23,356 nt of DNA. It comes from Candidatus Methylomirabilia bacterium (lineage in GTDB: Bacteria > Methylomirabilota > Methylomirabilia > Rokubacteriales > CSP1-6). The notes under the pieces are model-generated. The model saw only the letters and a program-made list of their open reading frames with translations. It did not search any database and was not told the DNA's origin. Shown here piece by piece: positions 1 through 8,907 of this stretch. The translations under genes and the position numbers were made by a program. How positions within the stretch are numbered: the stretch's first letter is position 1; the number at the start of each line of letters is the position of its first letter. The DNA lies in NCBI GenBank assembly GCA_041497895.1, contig JBGQHJ010000075.1, forward strand, positions 1-23,356. Reading direction: 5' to 3'.

Positions 1-1590
1 CACCGTGTTCGGCCCCTGTACCTCCGGGTACCCGTGTGCTCCCATCTCGGGCACGTCGAGCCCCTCGAGCTCTTCCTCGGCGGACACCCGCATCCCGATC
101 ACCGCATCCAGGACTTTGAAGAACACCCAGGAGATCGCGAAGATGAACACGAAGCAGGTCAGCGTGCCGATGATCTGCGCGACGAACTGGCTCGCCCCAC
201 CGTAGAAGAGGCCACGGACCGTCCCGTCGACCCCGTTGAACCCGTCGCCGTATGTCCCGTCGGAGAAGAGCCCGAGGCTGAGCACGCCCCACGCGCCGCA
301 TGTCCCGTGGACCGAGATGGCGCCGACCGGATCGTCGACCTTCATCGAGCGCTCGAAGAAAAACACGCTCCAGCACACCATGACGCCCGCGACCGCGCCG
401 ATGACGAAGGCCCAGAAGCTGGACACGAACGCGCAGGGCGCGGTGATGGCGACAAGCCCGGCGAGCAGCCCGTTCGCGGACATGCTCGGATCGGGCTTCC
501 CGTACTTGAACCACATGTAGAGCATCGAGAAGATCGCGCCGGACGCTGACGCGAGCATGGTGTTCACCGCGATCACCGCGATCCGCAAATCCGTGCCGGC
601 GAGGGTGCTGCCAGGATTGAACCCGAACCACCCAAAGGCCAGGATGAAGCACCCGAGAATGGCCATCGGGATATTGTGACCGGGGATCGCGTTCGGGGTG
701 CCGTCCTTGTTGAACTTGCCGATCCGTGGCCCTAGGACCATGGCGCCCGCGAGGGCGGTGACTCCGCCCACCATGTGGACGACCGAGGATCCCGCGAAGT
801 CCACGTGCCCGTGCCCCAGGCCGAAGTTCTTGCCGAGCTGGGAGAGCCATCCGCCACCCCACACCCAGTTGGCGAAGAGGGGGTAGCTGATCATCGAGAT
901 GAAGAACCCGTAGATGATGAAGGACGAGAACTTCCACCGCTCTGCCATCGCGCCGGTCGGGATCGTCGCCGCGGTGTCCATGAACACCATCTGGAAGAGA
1001 AACAGGCCGAAGACCGCGACGTCATAGGTGGTACCGGCGAGGAAGAACCCCTTCATCCCGAAGAGGCCGAAATCCTTTCCGAAGAGGCTGATCGTGAACT
1101 CGCTGTCGAGGACACCGGTCCCTCCCAGCGTGCCCAAGGCCCCGACCCCGCCCATGTGCAGGGCATAGCCCATGATCCAGTAGCCGGTCATCCCGATCGC
1201 GTACACCATGAAGTTCATCATCATGGTGTGGGCCACGTTCTTGGCCCGCGTGAAGCCGGTCTCCGCGAGGGCGAAGCCCGCCTGCATGAACATGACGAGG
1301 AATCCGGTGAAGAGCGTCCACACCATGTTGATCGCGACCTTGTTGTGCCCGACCGCCTCCGCGATCTCGACGATGGTCGGCTTCCCGGCCTCCTTGGCAG
1401 TGACGTCGGCGATTCCGCCGGTGGCCGTCCCGCTCGGGTCCGGCTTCGAGGGCGGCGGGACGGGTGCGGGCGCCGCCGCGGCGGGCGCGGGCGCCGGTTT
1501 GTCCTGCGACAGCACCTTCCCGGCCAGCGCCAGCACCAGGAACACGGCGCACACGGCCAGCTTGACGCTCCACTTCCTGCCAATCGTCAT
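1..1590 (-). CDS. amt: Ammonium transporter (Amt family), second paralogue; 3' end lies beyond the left edge of the window
   Basis: Not in the ORF track because it has no stop in the window. Manual translation from ATG 1590 (RBS AAGGAG upstream) is open to base 1: signal peptide MTIGRKWSVKLAVCAVFLVLALAG, then FMQAGFALAETG, FQMVF, GAMAER, DFAGSSVVHMVGG, GWFGFNPGS, LAGLVAIT, DDPVGAISVHG, EEELEGLD. These are Amt signature motifs with both pore histidines. Confidence 0.95.
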   Translation of the reverse strand, partial: MTIGRKWSVKLAVCAVFLVLALAGKVLSQDKPAPAPAAAAPAPVPPPSKPDPSGTATGGIADVTAKEAGKPTIVEIAEAVGHNKVAINMVWTLFTGFLVMFMQAGFALAETGFTRAKNVAHTMMMNFMVYAIGMTGYWIMGYALHMGGVGALGTLGGTGVLDSEFTISLFGKDFGLFGMKGFFLAGTTYDVAVFGLFLFQMVFMDTAATIPTGAMAERWKFSSFIIYGFFISMISYPLFANWVWGGGWLSQLGKNFGLGHGHVDFAGSSVVHMVGGVTALAGAMVLGPRIGKFNKDGTPNAIPGHNIPMAILGCFILAFGWFGFNPGSTLAGTDLRIAVIAVNTMLASASGAIFSMLYMWFKYGKPDPSMSANGLLAGLVAITAPCAFVSSFWAFVIGAVAGVMVCWSVFFFERSMKVDDPVGAISVHGTCGAWGVLSLGLFSDGTYGDGFNGVDGTVRGLFYGGASQFVAQIIGTLTCFVFIFAISWVFFKVLDAVIGMRVSAEEELEGLDVPEMGAHGYPEVQGPNTV

Positions 1591-1643
1591 TGTCGGCTCC
1601 TTTTGCGGGACGATGGGTGGGTGACTCCCGCGCGTGCACGCGT

Positions 1644-1659
1644 TGCGATTCCGGTGCCA
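1644..1659 (-). promoter_or_regulatory. Sigma54 (-24/-12) promoter of amt
   Basis: Minus strand reads TGGCAC-CGGAA-TCGCA, i.e. GG-N10-GC, a close match to TGGCAC-N5-TTGCW, about 55 nt upstream of the ATG. Confidence 0.8.
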
Positions 1660-1745
1660 CGCGCTCGTGGAGTCCCGCGGTCAAGGAAGTATCAAGACGA
1701 TCGACAGTTACGAACGCGGCGCCACACGCGCGCTGAAACTGGCCT

Positions 1746-1798
1746 TGCCCACTCGGCGGGCATGCTGCTCGCGCGCTAACCAGCCTCGAATGTGGGCA
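1746..1798. promoter_or_regulatory. Paired 17-bp enhancer-like palindromes (putative NtrC-type binding sites)
   Basis: TGCCC-ACTCGGC-GGGCA (1746-1762) and AGCCT-CGAATGT-GGGCA (1782-1798) lie upstream of the sigma54 promoter. The same motif pair recurs upstream of glnK. Confidence 0.7.
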
Positions 1799-1826
1799 CG
1801 CGGCGCGCGCGCCGCGGGATACGGAA

Positions 1827-1882
1827 ACCGCCCGGCCCCCTGGCCTCGCCGCCTCGAGGGCGGCGAGCAGGGGGCCGGTGGT
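1827..1882 (-). terminator. Long GC-rich hairpin downstream of glnA, probable terminator
   Basis: Outer stem CCGGCCCCCTG (1832-1842)/CAGGGGGCCGG (1868-1878) and inner stem CTCGCCGCC (1845-1853)/GGCGGCGAG (1859-1867), about 20 nt after the glnA stop. The U-tract is weak. Confidence 0.65.
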
Positions 1883-1899
1883 GGACGAAGCGAGAGAGC

Positions 1900-3324
1900 C
1901 TAGATGTCGTAGTAGAGGGCGAACTCGTACGGATGCGGGCGCAGCCGGACGGGATCCACCTCGTTCTTGCGCTTGTACTCGATCCAGGTCTCGATCAGGT
2001 CGGGGGTGAACACGTCGCCCTTGAGCAGGAACTCGTGATCCTTCTCGAGGTTGTCGAGCACGATGTCGAGGGCGCCGGGCAGCTGCTTGATCTTCTTCTG
2101 CTCGGCGGGCGGTAGCTCGTAGAGATCCTTGTCGATCGGCTTGCCCGGGTCGATCTTGTTGGCCACCCCGTCGAGTCCCGCCATCACGCACGCCGCGAAC
2201 GACAGGTACGGGTTGCACGTCGGGTCGGGGGTGCGGAACTCGATGCGCTTGGCCCCTTCGGCCTTCGAGTACATCGGGATGCGGATGGCCGCCGAGCGGT
2301 TGCGCTGGCTATATACCAGGTTGATCGGCGCCTCGTAACCCGGCACCAGCCGCTTGTAGCTGTTGGTCGAAGGGGCGATGAAGGCCAGCAGCGCGGGGGC
2401 GTGCTTCAGGATGCCGCCGATGTAGTACAGGCAGGTCTTGGAGATATCGGCGTACCCGCCCCGCTCGTAGAAGAGGTTCTTCCCGTTCTTCCAGATCGAC
2501 TGGTGGGTGTGCATGCCCGAGCCGTTGTCCTGGAAGAGCGGCTTCGGCATGAAGGTCGCGGTCTTGCCCCACTTCTTGGCGGTGTTCTTCGCGCAGTACT
2601 TGTACCAGCACACCTTGTCCGCCATCTTGGTGAGCGTGTCGTAGCGCATGTCGATCTCGGTCTGCCCACCGGTCGCCACCTCGTGGTGGTGCACCTCGAC
2701 GCGCACCCCGACCGACTCCAGCGCCAGCACCATGTCGGACCGGATGTCCTGGAACTGGTCCATCGGGGGCACCGGGAAGTAGCCCTGCTTGTAGCGGGGC
2801 TTGTAGCCGAGGTTCGGTCGGTCCGGCGTGCCCTCGGTGCCGCTGTTCCAGGCGCCCGCGGCGGAGTCGATGAAGTAGTAGCCGGAATTGTAGGTCTGGT
2901 CGAAGCGGATCGAGTCGAAGAAGAAGAACTCCAGCTCGGGGCCGATGAAGATGGTGTCGCCGACCCCGCTCTTCTTGACGTACGCCTCCGCCTTCTGGGC
3001 CACGTAGCGGGGATCGCGGGTGTAGGCCTTCCCCGAGATCGGGTCCTTCACGTTGCAGATCAGGACCATCGTCGGGACCGCGGTGAACGGATCCATCTGA
3101 GCGCTCGACGGATCGGGAATCAGCAGCATGTCCGACTCGTCGATGGTCTGGAATCCTCGGATCGAGGAGCCGTCGAAACCGAGGCCGTCCTCGAAGATTC
3201 CCTCGTTGAGCTCCGAGACCGGGATCGAGAAATGCTGCCAGAGACCGGGTAGATCGATGAACCGCAGATCCACGATCCTGACACCCTTCTCCTTGGCCAT
3301 CTTCAGCACGTCCTTCGGGGTCAT
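1900..3324 (-). CDS. glnA: Glutamine synthetase type I (GSI-beta), 474 aa
   Basis: Motifs FDGSSIRG, GPELEFF, HHHEVATGGQTEI, TFMPKP..DNGSGMHTH, NSYKRLVPGYEAP, RNRSAAIRIP, RIEFRTPDP. Adenylylation-type loop DKDLYELPP. Start ATG 3324 follows RBS AAGGAGG. Confidence 0.98.
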   Translation of the reverse strand: MTPKDVLKMAKEKGVRIVDLRFIDLPGLWQHFSIPVSELNEGIFEDGLGFDGSSIRGFQTIDESDMLLIPDPSSAQMDPFTAVPTMVLICNVKDPISGKAYTRDPRYVAQKAEAYVKKSGVGDTIFIGPELEFFFFDSIRFDQTYNSGYYFIDSAAGAWNSGTEGTPDRPNLGYKPRYKQGYFPVPPMDQFQDIRSDMVLALESVGVRVEVHHHEVATGGQTEIDMRYDTLTKMADKVCWYKYCAKNTAKKWGKTATFMPKPLFQDNGSGMHTHQSIWKNGKNLFYERGGYADISKTCLYYIGGILKHAPALLAFIAPSTNSYKRLVPGYEAPINLVYSQRNRSAAIRIPMYSKAEGAKRIEFRTPDPTCNPYLSFAACVMAGLDGVANKIDPGKPIDKDLYELPPAEQKKIKQLPGALDIVLDNLEKDHEFLLKGDVFTPDLIETWIEYKRKNEVDPVRLRPHPYEFALYYDI

Positions 3325-3404
3325 CCGTCTGCCTCCTTCGTCGGCTCGTCGTGGGGGTCGATGAAACGGGGGACCGGCGGGCTCACTGTCCCGCTGGCCA
3401 CCCA

Positions 3405-3433
3405 ACGTTAGTGGTTTGGCATGGACCCGTCAA
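3405..3433 (-). promoter_or_regulatory. Sigma70-type internal promoter for glnA
   Basis: Minus strand TTGACG (3433-3428), 17-nt spacer, TAACGT (3410-3405) in the amtB-glnA spacer. Confidence 0.65.
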
Positions 3434-3447
3434 GGGCCTCGTGCCTC

Positions 3448-4857
3448 CTAGTGCCCGGCGCGGGCTTCTCCGTACGCCGACGGGCCGCCGAGCGTGTACG
3501 CCGTCTCCGAATGCTGCGACAGGTCGAGGCCCGCCATCTCCTCCTCGTCGGTGATGCGAAGCCCCATGATCCCGTCGAGCACCTTCAGGATGATCGTGGT
3601 CATCACGAAGCCGAGGACCCAGGTGACGGCCACCGCGATGAACTGGATCCAGAGCTGCTTGGGGTTGCCGTACAGCAGGCCGTCGCCGCCCGCGTCGTTG
3701 ACGAGCTTGGTGGCGAAGATCCCGGTGGCGAGGGCACCCCAGGTGCCGCCCACCCCGTGCACGCCTACCACGTCGAGCGAGTCGTCGTAGCCGAGCTTCG
3801 ACTTCAGATTGCAGGCCGAGTAGCAGATGAACCCGGCCACCGCCCCGATGACGATCGAGGCCATCGGGGTCACGAAGCCCGCGGCGGGGGTGATCGCGAC
3901 CAGGCCGGCCACCGCGCCGGAGGCCGCACCCAGGACGGTGGGCTTGCCGCGCGAGGACCACTCGGTAAACATCCAGCCGAGCGCGGCCGCCGCGGTGGCG
4001 GTGTTGGTGGTCATGAACGCGTGGGCGGCGAGGCCGTTGGCGGCCAGGGCGCTGCCCGCGTTGAACCCGAACCAGCCGAACCAGAGGAGACTCGCGCCCA
4101 TGACCGTGAGCGGGAGGTTGTGGGGTGGCATCGGCTGGTGCCCGTAGCCCTTGCGCTTCCCGATGATCAAGGCGGCAGCCAGCGCGGAGATGCCGGACGA
4201 GATGTGCACCACGGTTCCGCCCGCGAAGTCGAGGGCGCCTAGATTGCGAAGCCACCCCCCGGCCCCCCAGACCCAGTGGGCGAGCGGGTCGTAGACGACG
4301 GTGGCCCACACCAGGATGAAGACGAGGAAGGTGGAGAACTTCTTCCGCTCCGCGAACGCCCCGGTGATGAGCGCGGGAGTGATCACCGCGAACATCATCT
4401 GGAACAGCATGAAGGCGGTGTGAGGGATGGTCGCGGCATAGTCCGCGTTCGGCGTCGGCCCTACCCCGCTGAGACCGATCCATTCGAGGCCGCCGATGAC
4501 CCCACCCTTGTCGGGCCCGAAGGCGAGGCTATAGCCCCACAGCACCCACTGCACCGAGATCAGCGCCAGGATGATGAAGCTCTGCATCAGGGTGCCGAGC
4601 GCGTTCTTCTGCCGGACCATTCCCCCGTAGAAGAGGGCGAGGCCGGGAGCGGTCATGAGCAAGACGAGGGCGGAGGACACGAGCACCCATGCGGTGTCGC
4701 CGCTGTCGATCTTGGGTGGCGCGGGCGCGGCGGCCGGGGCCGCCGGAGCCGGAGCCGTCTGAGGCGACGTCGTCGACTGCGCGAACGCGGCCGGCCCGCT
4801 CGCCAACACGAGCGCGCACAGCAACAGCGTGATCATCGTTGATCCTGTCCTTCTCAT
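3448..4857 (-). CDS. amtB: Ammonium transporter AmtB
   Basis: Motifs GDTAW, PGLALFYGGMVR, FQMMFAVITPALITGAFAER, DFAGGTVVHISSG, WFGWFGFNAGS, DDSLDVVGVHGVGG, EEEMAGLDLSQH, plus a signal peptide. Directly downstream of glnK. ATG 4857 is better spaced from GGAGG than the alternative ATG 4866. Confidence 0.96.
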   Translation of the reverse strand: MRRTGSTMITLLLCALVLASGPAAFAQSTTSPQTAPAPAAPAAAPAPPKIDSGDTAWVLVSSALVLLMTAPGLALFYGGMVRQKNALGTLMQSFIILALISVQWVLWGYSLAFGPDKGGVIGGLEWIGLSGVGPTPNADYAATIPHTAFMLFQMMFAVITPALITGAFAERKKFSTFLVFILVWATVVYDPLAHWVWGAGGWLRNLGALDFAGGTVVHISSGISALAAALIIGKRKGYGHQPMPPHNLPLTVMGASLLWFGWFGFNAGSALAANGLAAHAFMTTNTATAAAALGWMFTEWSSRGKPTVLGAASGAVAGLVAITPAAGFVTPMASIVIGAVAGFICYSACNLKSKLGYDDSLDVVGVHGVGGTWGALATGIFATKLVNDAGGDGLLYGNPKQLWIQFIAVAVTWVLGFVMTTIILKVLDGIMGLRITDEEEMAGLDLSQHSETAYTLGGPSAYGEARAGH

Positions 4858-4910
4858 TCCAGCCATGACCTCCTTGTCGGGATGTGGTCCAGCGACGTTC
4901 GGACGGGCGC

Positions 4911-5410
<500 letters not shown>

Positions 5411-5434
5411 GGTCGGATTCGAGCGACTGATGGC

Positions 5435-5845
5435 TCAGTCCCGCCAGACGCCGTCCTCGGCCGCGACGGCGTGCTTGGCCGGAGCCATCGCCTCGACCGG
5501 GGTCGGCACCGCGGTGCGCAGGGCCGCCCACAGCTCCTTCAGGTCGGCCGTCTTGGCGGCCAGGAGCACGCCGGGAATATGGGGTCGCTCGAACTCGGTG
5601 AAGGATCCGGAGCACACAATGACCTTGGGTCGAGGGCTGCGCCGGCTGAGCCGCTGGAGGAAGTCCATGCCGTCCATCCTGGGCATGCGGAGATCCAGGA
5701 CGATGACGTCGGGACGCACGGCGCCTAGAACCGAGAGGGCCTGATACCCATCGGTGGCCTCGAACAGCTCGAACTGCCTCTCGAGGGCCATCCGGTACAG
5801 CTTGCGCCAGGCGGGATCGTCGTCGACGAGCAATATGCGCGGCAT
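5435..5845 (-). CDS. Stand-alone response regulator receiver (CheY-like) protein
   Basis: ILLVDDD, phosphoacceptor VIVLDLRMPRMDG, conserved Ser (VCSG) and Lys; no output domain; RBS GGAGG. Confidence 0.9.
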   Translation of the reverse strand: MPRILLVDDDPAWRKLYRMALERQFELFEATDGYQALSVLGAVRPDVIVLDLRMPRMDGMDFLQRLSRRSPRPKVIVCSGSFTEFERPHIPGVLLAAKTADLKELWAALRTAVPTPVEAMAPAKHAVAAEDGVWRD

Positions 5846-5871
5846 GATGCCACCTCCAGGCGCATCGCAGA

Positions 5872-5887
5872 CGCAAGACTGTTGCCA
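5872..5887 (-). promoter_or_regulatory. Sigma54 promoter of the receiver gene
   Basis: Minus strand TGGCAA-CAGTC-TTGCG, a near-consensus -24/-12 element 27 nt upstream of the ATG. Confidence 0.8.
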
Positions 5888-5987
5888 AGCCGGATGGCAC
5901 GATATACCAGGTACTTGAGCAGCCGGCCCTGATAGGCCGCGGCAGGGGGCTGACGGGACAGCCGGACAGGACGTCTTCTGGCGAACG

Positions 5988-7343
5988 TCAGGCGCGGCGC
6001 TGGGGTATCCCGTGCCGCCGCATCTTCGAATACAGGGTGGGGCGCCGGAGGCCGAGCACCTGGGCCGCGGCCTGCTTGTTCCAGCCGGTGGACTCGAGCG
6101 CCCTGACGATGGAAACCCGCTCGATCTCCTCGAGCGATCCGGGCGGAGGGGCCGACCCTTCCGGGGAGGCGTTGGCCTGGAGAGACTCCGGCAGGTCGGC
6201 CAGGGTGATCTCCTTGCCCCGGGCCACGAGCACGGCCCGCTCGATCGCGTGCTCCAGCTCGCGGATGTTCCCGGGCCAGGAGTACGAGAGGAGCCGCCGG
6301 TAGGCCTCGGGATCGATGGTGTCGACCTCGCGGCTATGCTTGAGCCGAAACCGCTCCAGGAAGGACTTCGCCAGGAGCGGGATGTCGCCGGAGCGCTCGC
6401 GGAGCGACGGCAGGGTCACCGTCACCGTGTTGATCCGGAAGTAGAGATCCTGTCGCAGGCGCCCGTCGCGGAGGGCCGCCTCCGGCTCGCGGTTCGTCGA
6501 GCAGATCAGCCGGAAGTCGACCGGGACCGTCTTGGCCCCGCCCAGCCGGCGGACCGTCCGGTCCTCGAGGACGCGGAGCAGCTTGGCCTGCAGATCGAGC
6601 GGCATCTCGGTGATCTCGTCGAGGAGCAGCGAGCCTCGGTGTGCCTCTTCGAGGAGACCGGGCTTGTCGGTAGACGCCCCGGTGAAGGCCCCCTTGACGT
6701 GGCCGAACAGCTCCGACTCGATCAGGTCCTTCGGGAGCGCCGCGCAGTTGATCTTCACCATCGGGCCGTCCACCCGGGTGCTCTTGGCGTGGACCGCGTT
6801 GGCGGCCAGCTCCTTGCCCGTGCCGCTCTCGCCGACGATCAGCACGTTGGCGTCCGACGAGGCCACCGATTCCAGCATCTCGAAGACCCGCTTGATCGCC
6901 GGGGAGGAGCCGAGCATCTCCCCGTAGGCGGCCTGCTCGGCGAGCTTGCGCCGCAGGTCCGAGGTCTCGGCGAGGAGCCGGCGGCGCTCGAGCGCCTTGC
7001 TCACCAGCATCAGCATCTCGTCGGCATCGAACGGCTTGGCGACGAAATAGAAGGCGCCTTGCTTGGTGGCTTCCACCGCCTTCGAGATGGACCCGTGCCC
7101 GGTCATGATGATGACCTCGATCGACGGGTCCTTGGCCTTGAGCAGCCGCAGCAGGTGCAGGCCGTCCCCGTCGGGCAGGATCAGGTCCACGATGGCGAGG
7201 GCAAACTCGCGGGTTTCCATGCGGAGCATGGCGCCGACCGTGTTGGCCGCGGTCTCGACGTCATGCCCTTCGCGCTCGAGGGTCAGGCGGAGATTCTCGG
7301 CGATGACCGTCTCGTCATCGACGACGAGGATGCGAGGCTTCAT
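5988..7343 (-). CDS. Sigma54-dependent transcriptional activator, NtrC/AtoC family (receiver-AAA+-Fis HTH), 451 aa
   Basis: Receiver ILVVDDE...[10 protein letters not shown]; Walker [24 protein letters not shown]; Walker [51 protein letters not shown]. Confidence 0.95.
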   Translation of the reverse strand: MKPRILVVDDETVIAENLRLTLEREGHDVETAANTVGAMLRMETREFALAIVDLILPDGDGLHLLRLLKAKDPSIEVIIMTGHGSISKAVEATKQGAFYFVAKPFDADEMLMLVSKALERRRLLAETSDLRRKLAEQAAYGEMLGSSPAIKRVFEMLESVASSDANVLIVGESGTGKELAANAVHAKSTRVDGPMVKINCAALPKDLIESELFGHVKGAFTGASTDKPGLLEEAHRGSLLLDEITEMPLDLQAKLLRVLEDRTVRRLGGAKTVPVDFRLICSTNREPEAALRDGRLRQDLYFRINTVTVTLPSLRERSGDIPLLAKSFLERFRLKHSREVDTIDPEAYRRLLSYSWPGNIRELEHAIERAVLVARGKEITLADLPESLQANASPEGSAPPPGSLEEIERVSIVRALESTGWNKQAAAQVLGLRRPTLYSKMRRHGIPQRRA

Positions 7344-7375
7344 GCGTTTCAGCCTAGCACAGGCCGATTTTTTCC

Positions 7376-7393
7376 GTGTCACCCACGTGACAC
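7376..7393. promoter_or_regulatory. Perfect palindrome, operator-like, in the divergent promoter region
   Basis: GTGTCAC-CCAC-GTGACAC between the activator gene and the F420 cluster. Confidence 0.5.
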
Positions 7394-7447
7394 TTCACAC
7401 GCCGCTCCCCCTTCGCTCAACCCGCCGCCGCGCGAAAAGCCCGCGCC

Positions 7448-7476
7448 TTGACAGGCCGAAAGCTCGCGAGCAATAT
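7448..7476 (+). promoter_or_regulatory. Sigma70 promoter of the F420 cluster (likely leaderless mRNA)
   Basis: TTGACA (7448-7453), 17-nt spacer, CAATAT (7471-7476). ATG 7484 follows 7 nt later with no Shine-Dalgarno sequence. Confidence 0.7.
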
Positions 7477-7483
7477 GCGGGGC

Positions 7484-8449
7484 ATGCATTTCGGCGTCTC
7501 GCTGCCGGGCCGTGGTCCGCTCGCTACTCCCGATGCCCTCACCAAGCTCGCCGAGAAGGCGGACGCGCTCCGCTACGCCTCGCTCTTCGTGACCGACCAC
7601 GTGGTGATCCCGACCTCGAACAATTCCATCTATCCCTACTCACCGACCGGCCGCTTCGCAGGCGACTGGACCAACGGCTACCTCGAGCCCATCGCGCTGA
7701 TGGGGGTCCTGGCCGGCCTGACCTCGCGCATCAGGCTCGGGACCAGCGTGCTGGTGGTGCCCTACCGGAACCCGGTGGTGACCGCCAAGATGCTCGCGAC
7801 CCTCGACGTCATGTCGGGCGGGCGGCTGATCCTGGGGGCCGGGGTGGGATGGATGCGCGAGGAGTTCGAGGCGGTGCAGGCGCCCCCGTTCGACGAGCGC
7901 GGCCGGGTCACCGACGAGTACCTCCGCCTGATGCGGGTGATGTGGACGAAGGAGCCCGCCGAGTTCACCGGCAAGTACTACCGGCTGCCGTCGGCCAGCG
8001 CCCTGCCGAAGCCCCGGCAGGCCGGCGGCATCCCGATCTGGGTGGGCGGCCACACCGACGCCGCGCTCCGCCGCGTCGGCGAGCTCGCTGACGCCTGGCA
8101 TCCCATCGGGATGCGCCCGCCCGCGATGCTGCACCCGCCGGAATACGCGGAGAAGGTGAAGGTCATCCACGACTGGGCGCGCAAGGCCGGCCGTGACCCG
8201 AAGGACATCACGCTCTCGATCCGGGTGCCGCTGGAGCTCGCGCCCCGCCGTGGGACGTGGACCGGCGCCGACCGGCCCGGCTTCCGAGGCACCACCGCCG
8301 AGGTGATCGGGCACATCAAGGCCTACCAGACGCTCGGCGTCTCGCACTTCGTGTTCGACCTGGCCCCACCCGATCTCCGCGGCCAGCTGAGCCTCATGGA
8401 GCGCTTCGTCGAAGAGGTCCGTCCGAAGGTCCTGCGGGCTCCCCGCTGA
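7484..8449 (+). CDS. LLM-class (luciferase-like) F420-dependent oxidoreductase
   Basis: MHFGVSLP, LFVTDHVVIP, TSRIRLGTSVLVVPYRNPVVTAKMLATLDVMSGGRLILGAGVGW..EEF, PKPRQ..IPIWVGG. First gene of an F420 biosynthesis cluster. Confidence 0.9.
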   Translation: MHFGVSLPGRGPLATPDALTKLAEKADALRYASLFVTDHVVIPTSNNSIYPYSPTGRFAGDWTNGYLEPIALMGVLAGLTSRIRLGTSVLVVPYRNPVVTAKMLATLDVMSGGRLILGAGVGWMREEFEAVQAPPFDERGRVTDEYLRLMRVMWTKEPAEFTGKYYRLPSASALPKPRQAGGIPIWVGGHTDAALRRVGELADAWHPIGMRPPAMLHPPEYAEKVKVIHDWARKAGRDPKDITLSIRVPLELAPRRGTWTGADRPGFRGTTAEVIGHIKAYQTLGVSHFVFDLAPPDLRGQLSLMERFVEEVRPKVLRAPR

Positions 8450-8457
8450 ACAGCCCC

Positions 8458-8907
8458 ATGCCGTCGACGCTGGCCGCTCCGCTGCCGGGTCCTGTCGCCG
8501 GCTTCATCACGAGCGCACGGGTGGGCCGTCTCGCAACCGCCGACGCGGGCGGACAGCCGATGGTGGTACCCATCTGCTATGCCTTCGACGGCACCGCGCT
8601 CTACTCCGCGGTGGACGCCAAGCCCAAGCAGGCGCCCCCGGAGGGCCTCAAGCGTATCCGCAACCTTCGCGAGAACCCGCGCGTCTCAATCGTGATCGAC
8701 GAGTACCAGGAGGACTGGACGAAGCTCCGCTACGTGATCATCCAGGGCCGCGCCGATCTCCTGACCGACGGCCCCCAGTTCTCCCATGGGGTCGACCTGC
8801 TGATCGCCAAGTACGATCAGTACCGGACGCTCGGGCTCGGCCGCGAGCGGGGGCTCATGATCCGCGTCACGCCGAGCCGGGTATCTTCATGGCAGTACTC
8901 GAGCTGA
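8458..8907 (+). CDS. PPOX-class (split beta-barrel) F420-dependent oxidoreductase, Rv0121-like
   Basis: ARVGRLATAD..GQPMVVPICYA, YSAVDAKPK, LKRIRNLRENPRVSIVIDEY.EDW..L, AKY.QY. Overlaps the cofG start by 19 nt. Confidence 0.85.
   Translation: MPSTLAAPLPGPVAGFITSARVGRLATADAGGQPMVVPICYAFDGTALYSAVDAKPKQAPPEGLKRIRNLRENPRVSIVIDEYQEDWTKLRYVIIQGRADLLTDGPQFSHGVDLLIAKYDQYRTLGLGRERGLMIRVTPSRVSSWQYSS

Noticed and set aside
3325..3410. Glutamine (glnA) riboswitch upstream of glnA
   Set aside because: A CGUUG 5' arm is present, but the GGAAGUAA/GAAG E-loop and three-way junction of the known motif are not, and the arm overlaps the -10 element.
5895..5910. Plus-strand TGGCAC as a divergent sigma54 promoter
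   Set aside because: There is no GC at the -12 position (it reads ACCAG) and no plus-strand gene downstream.
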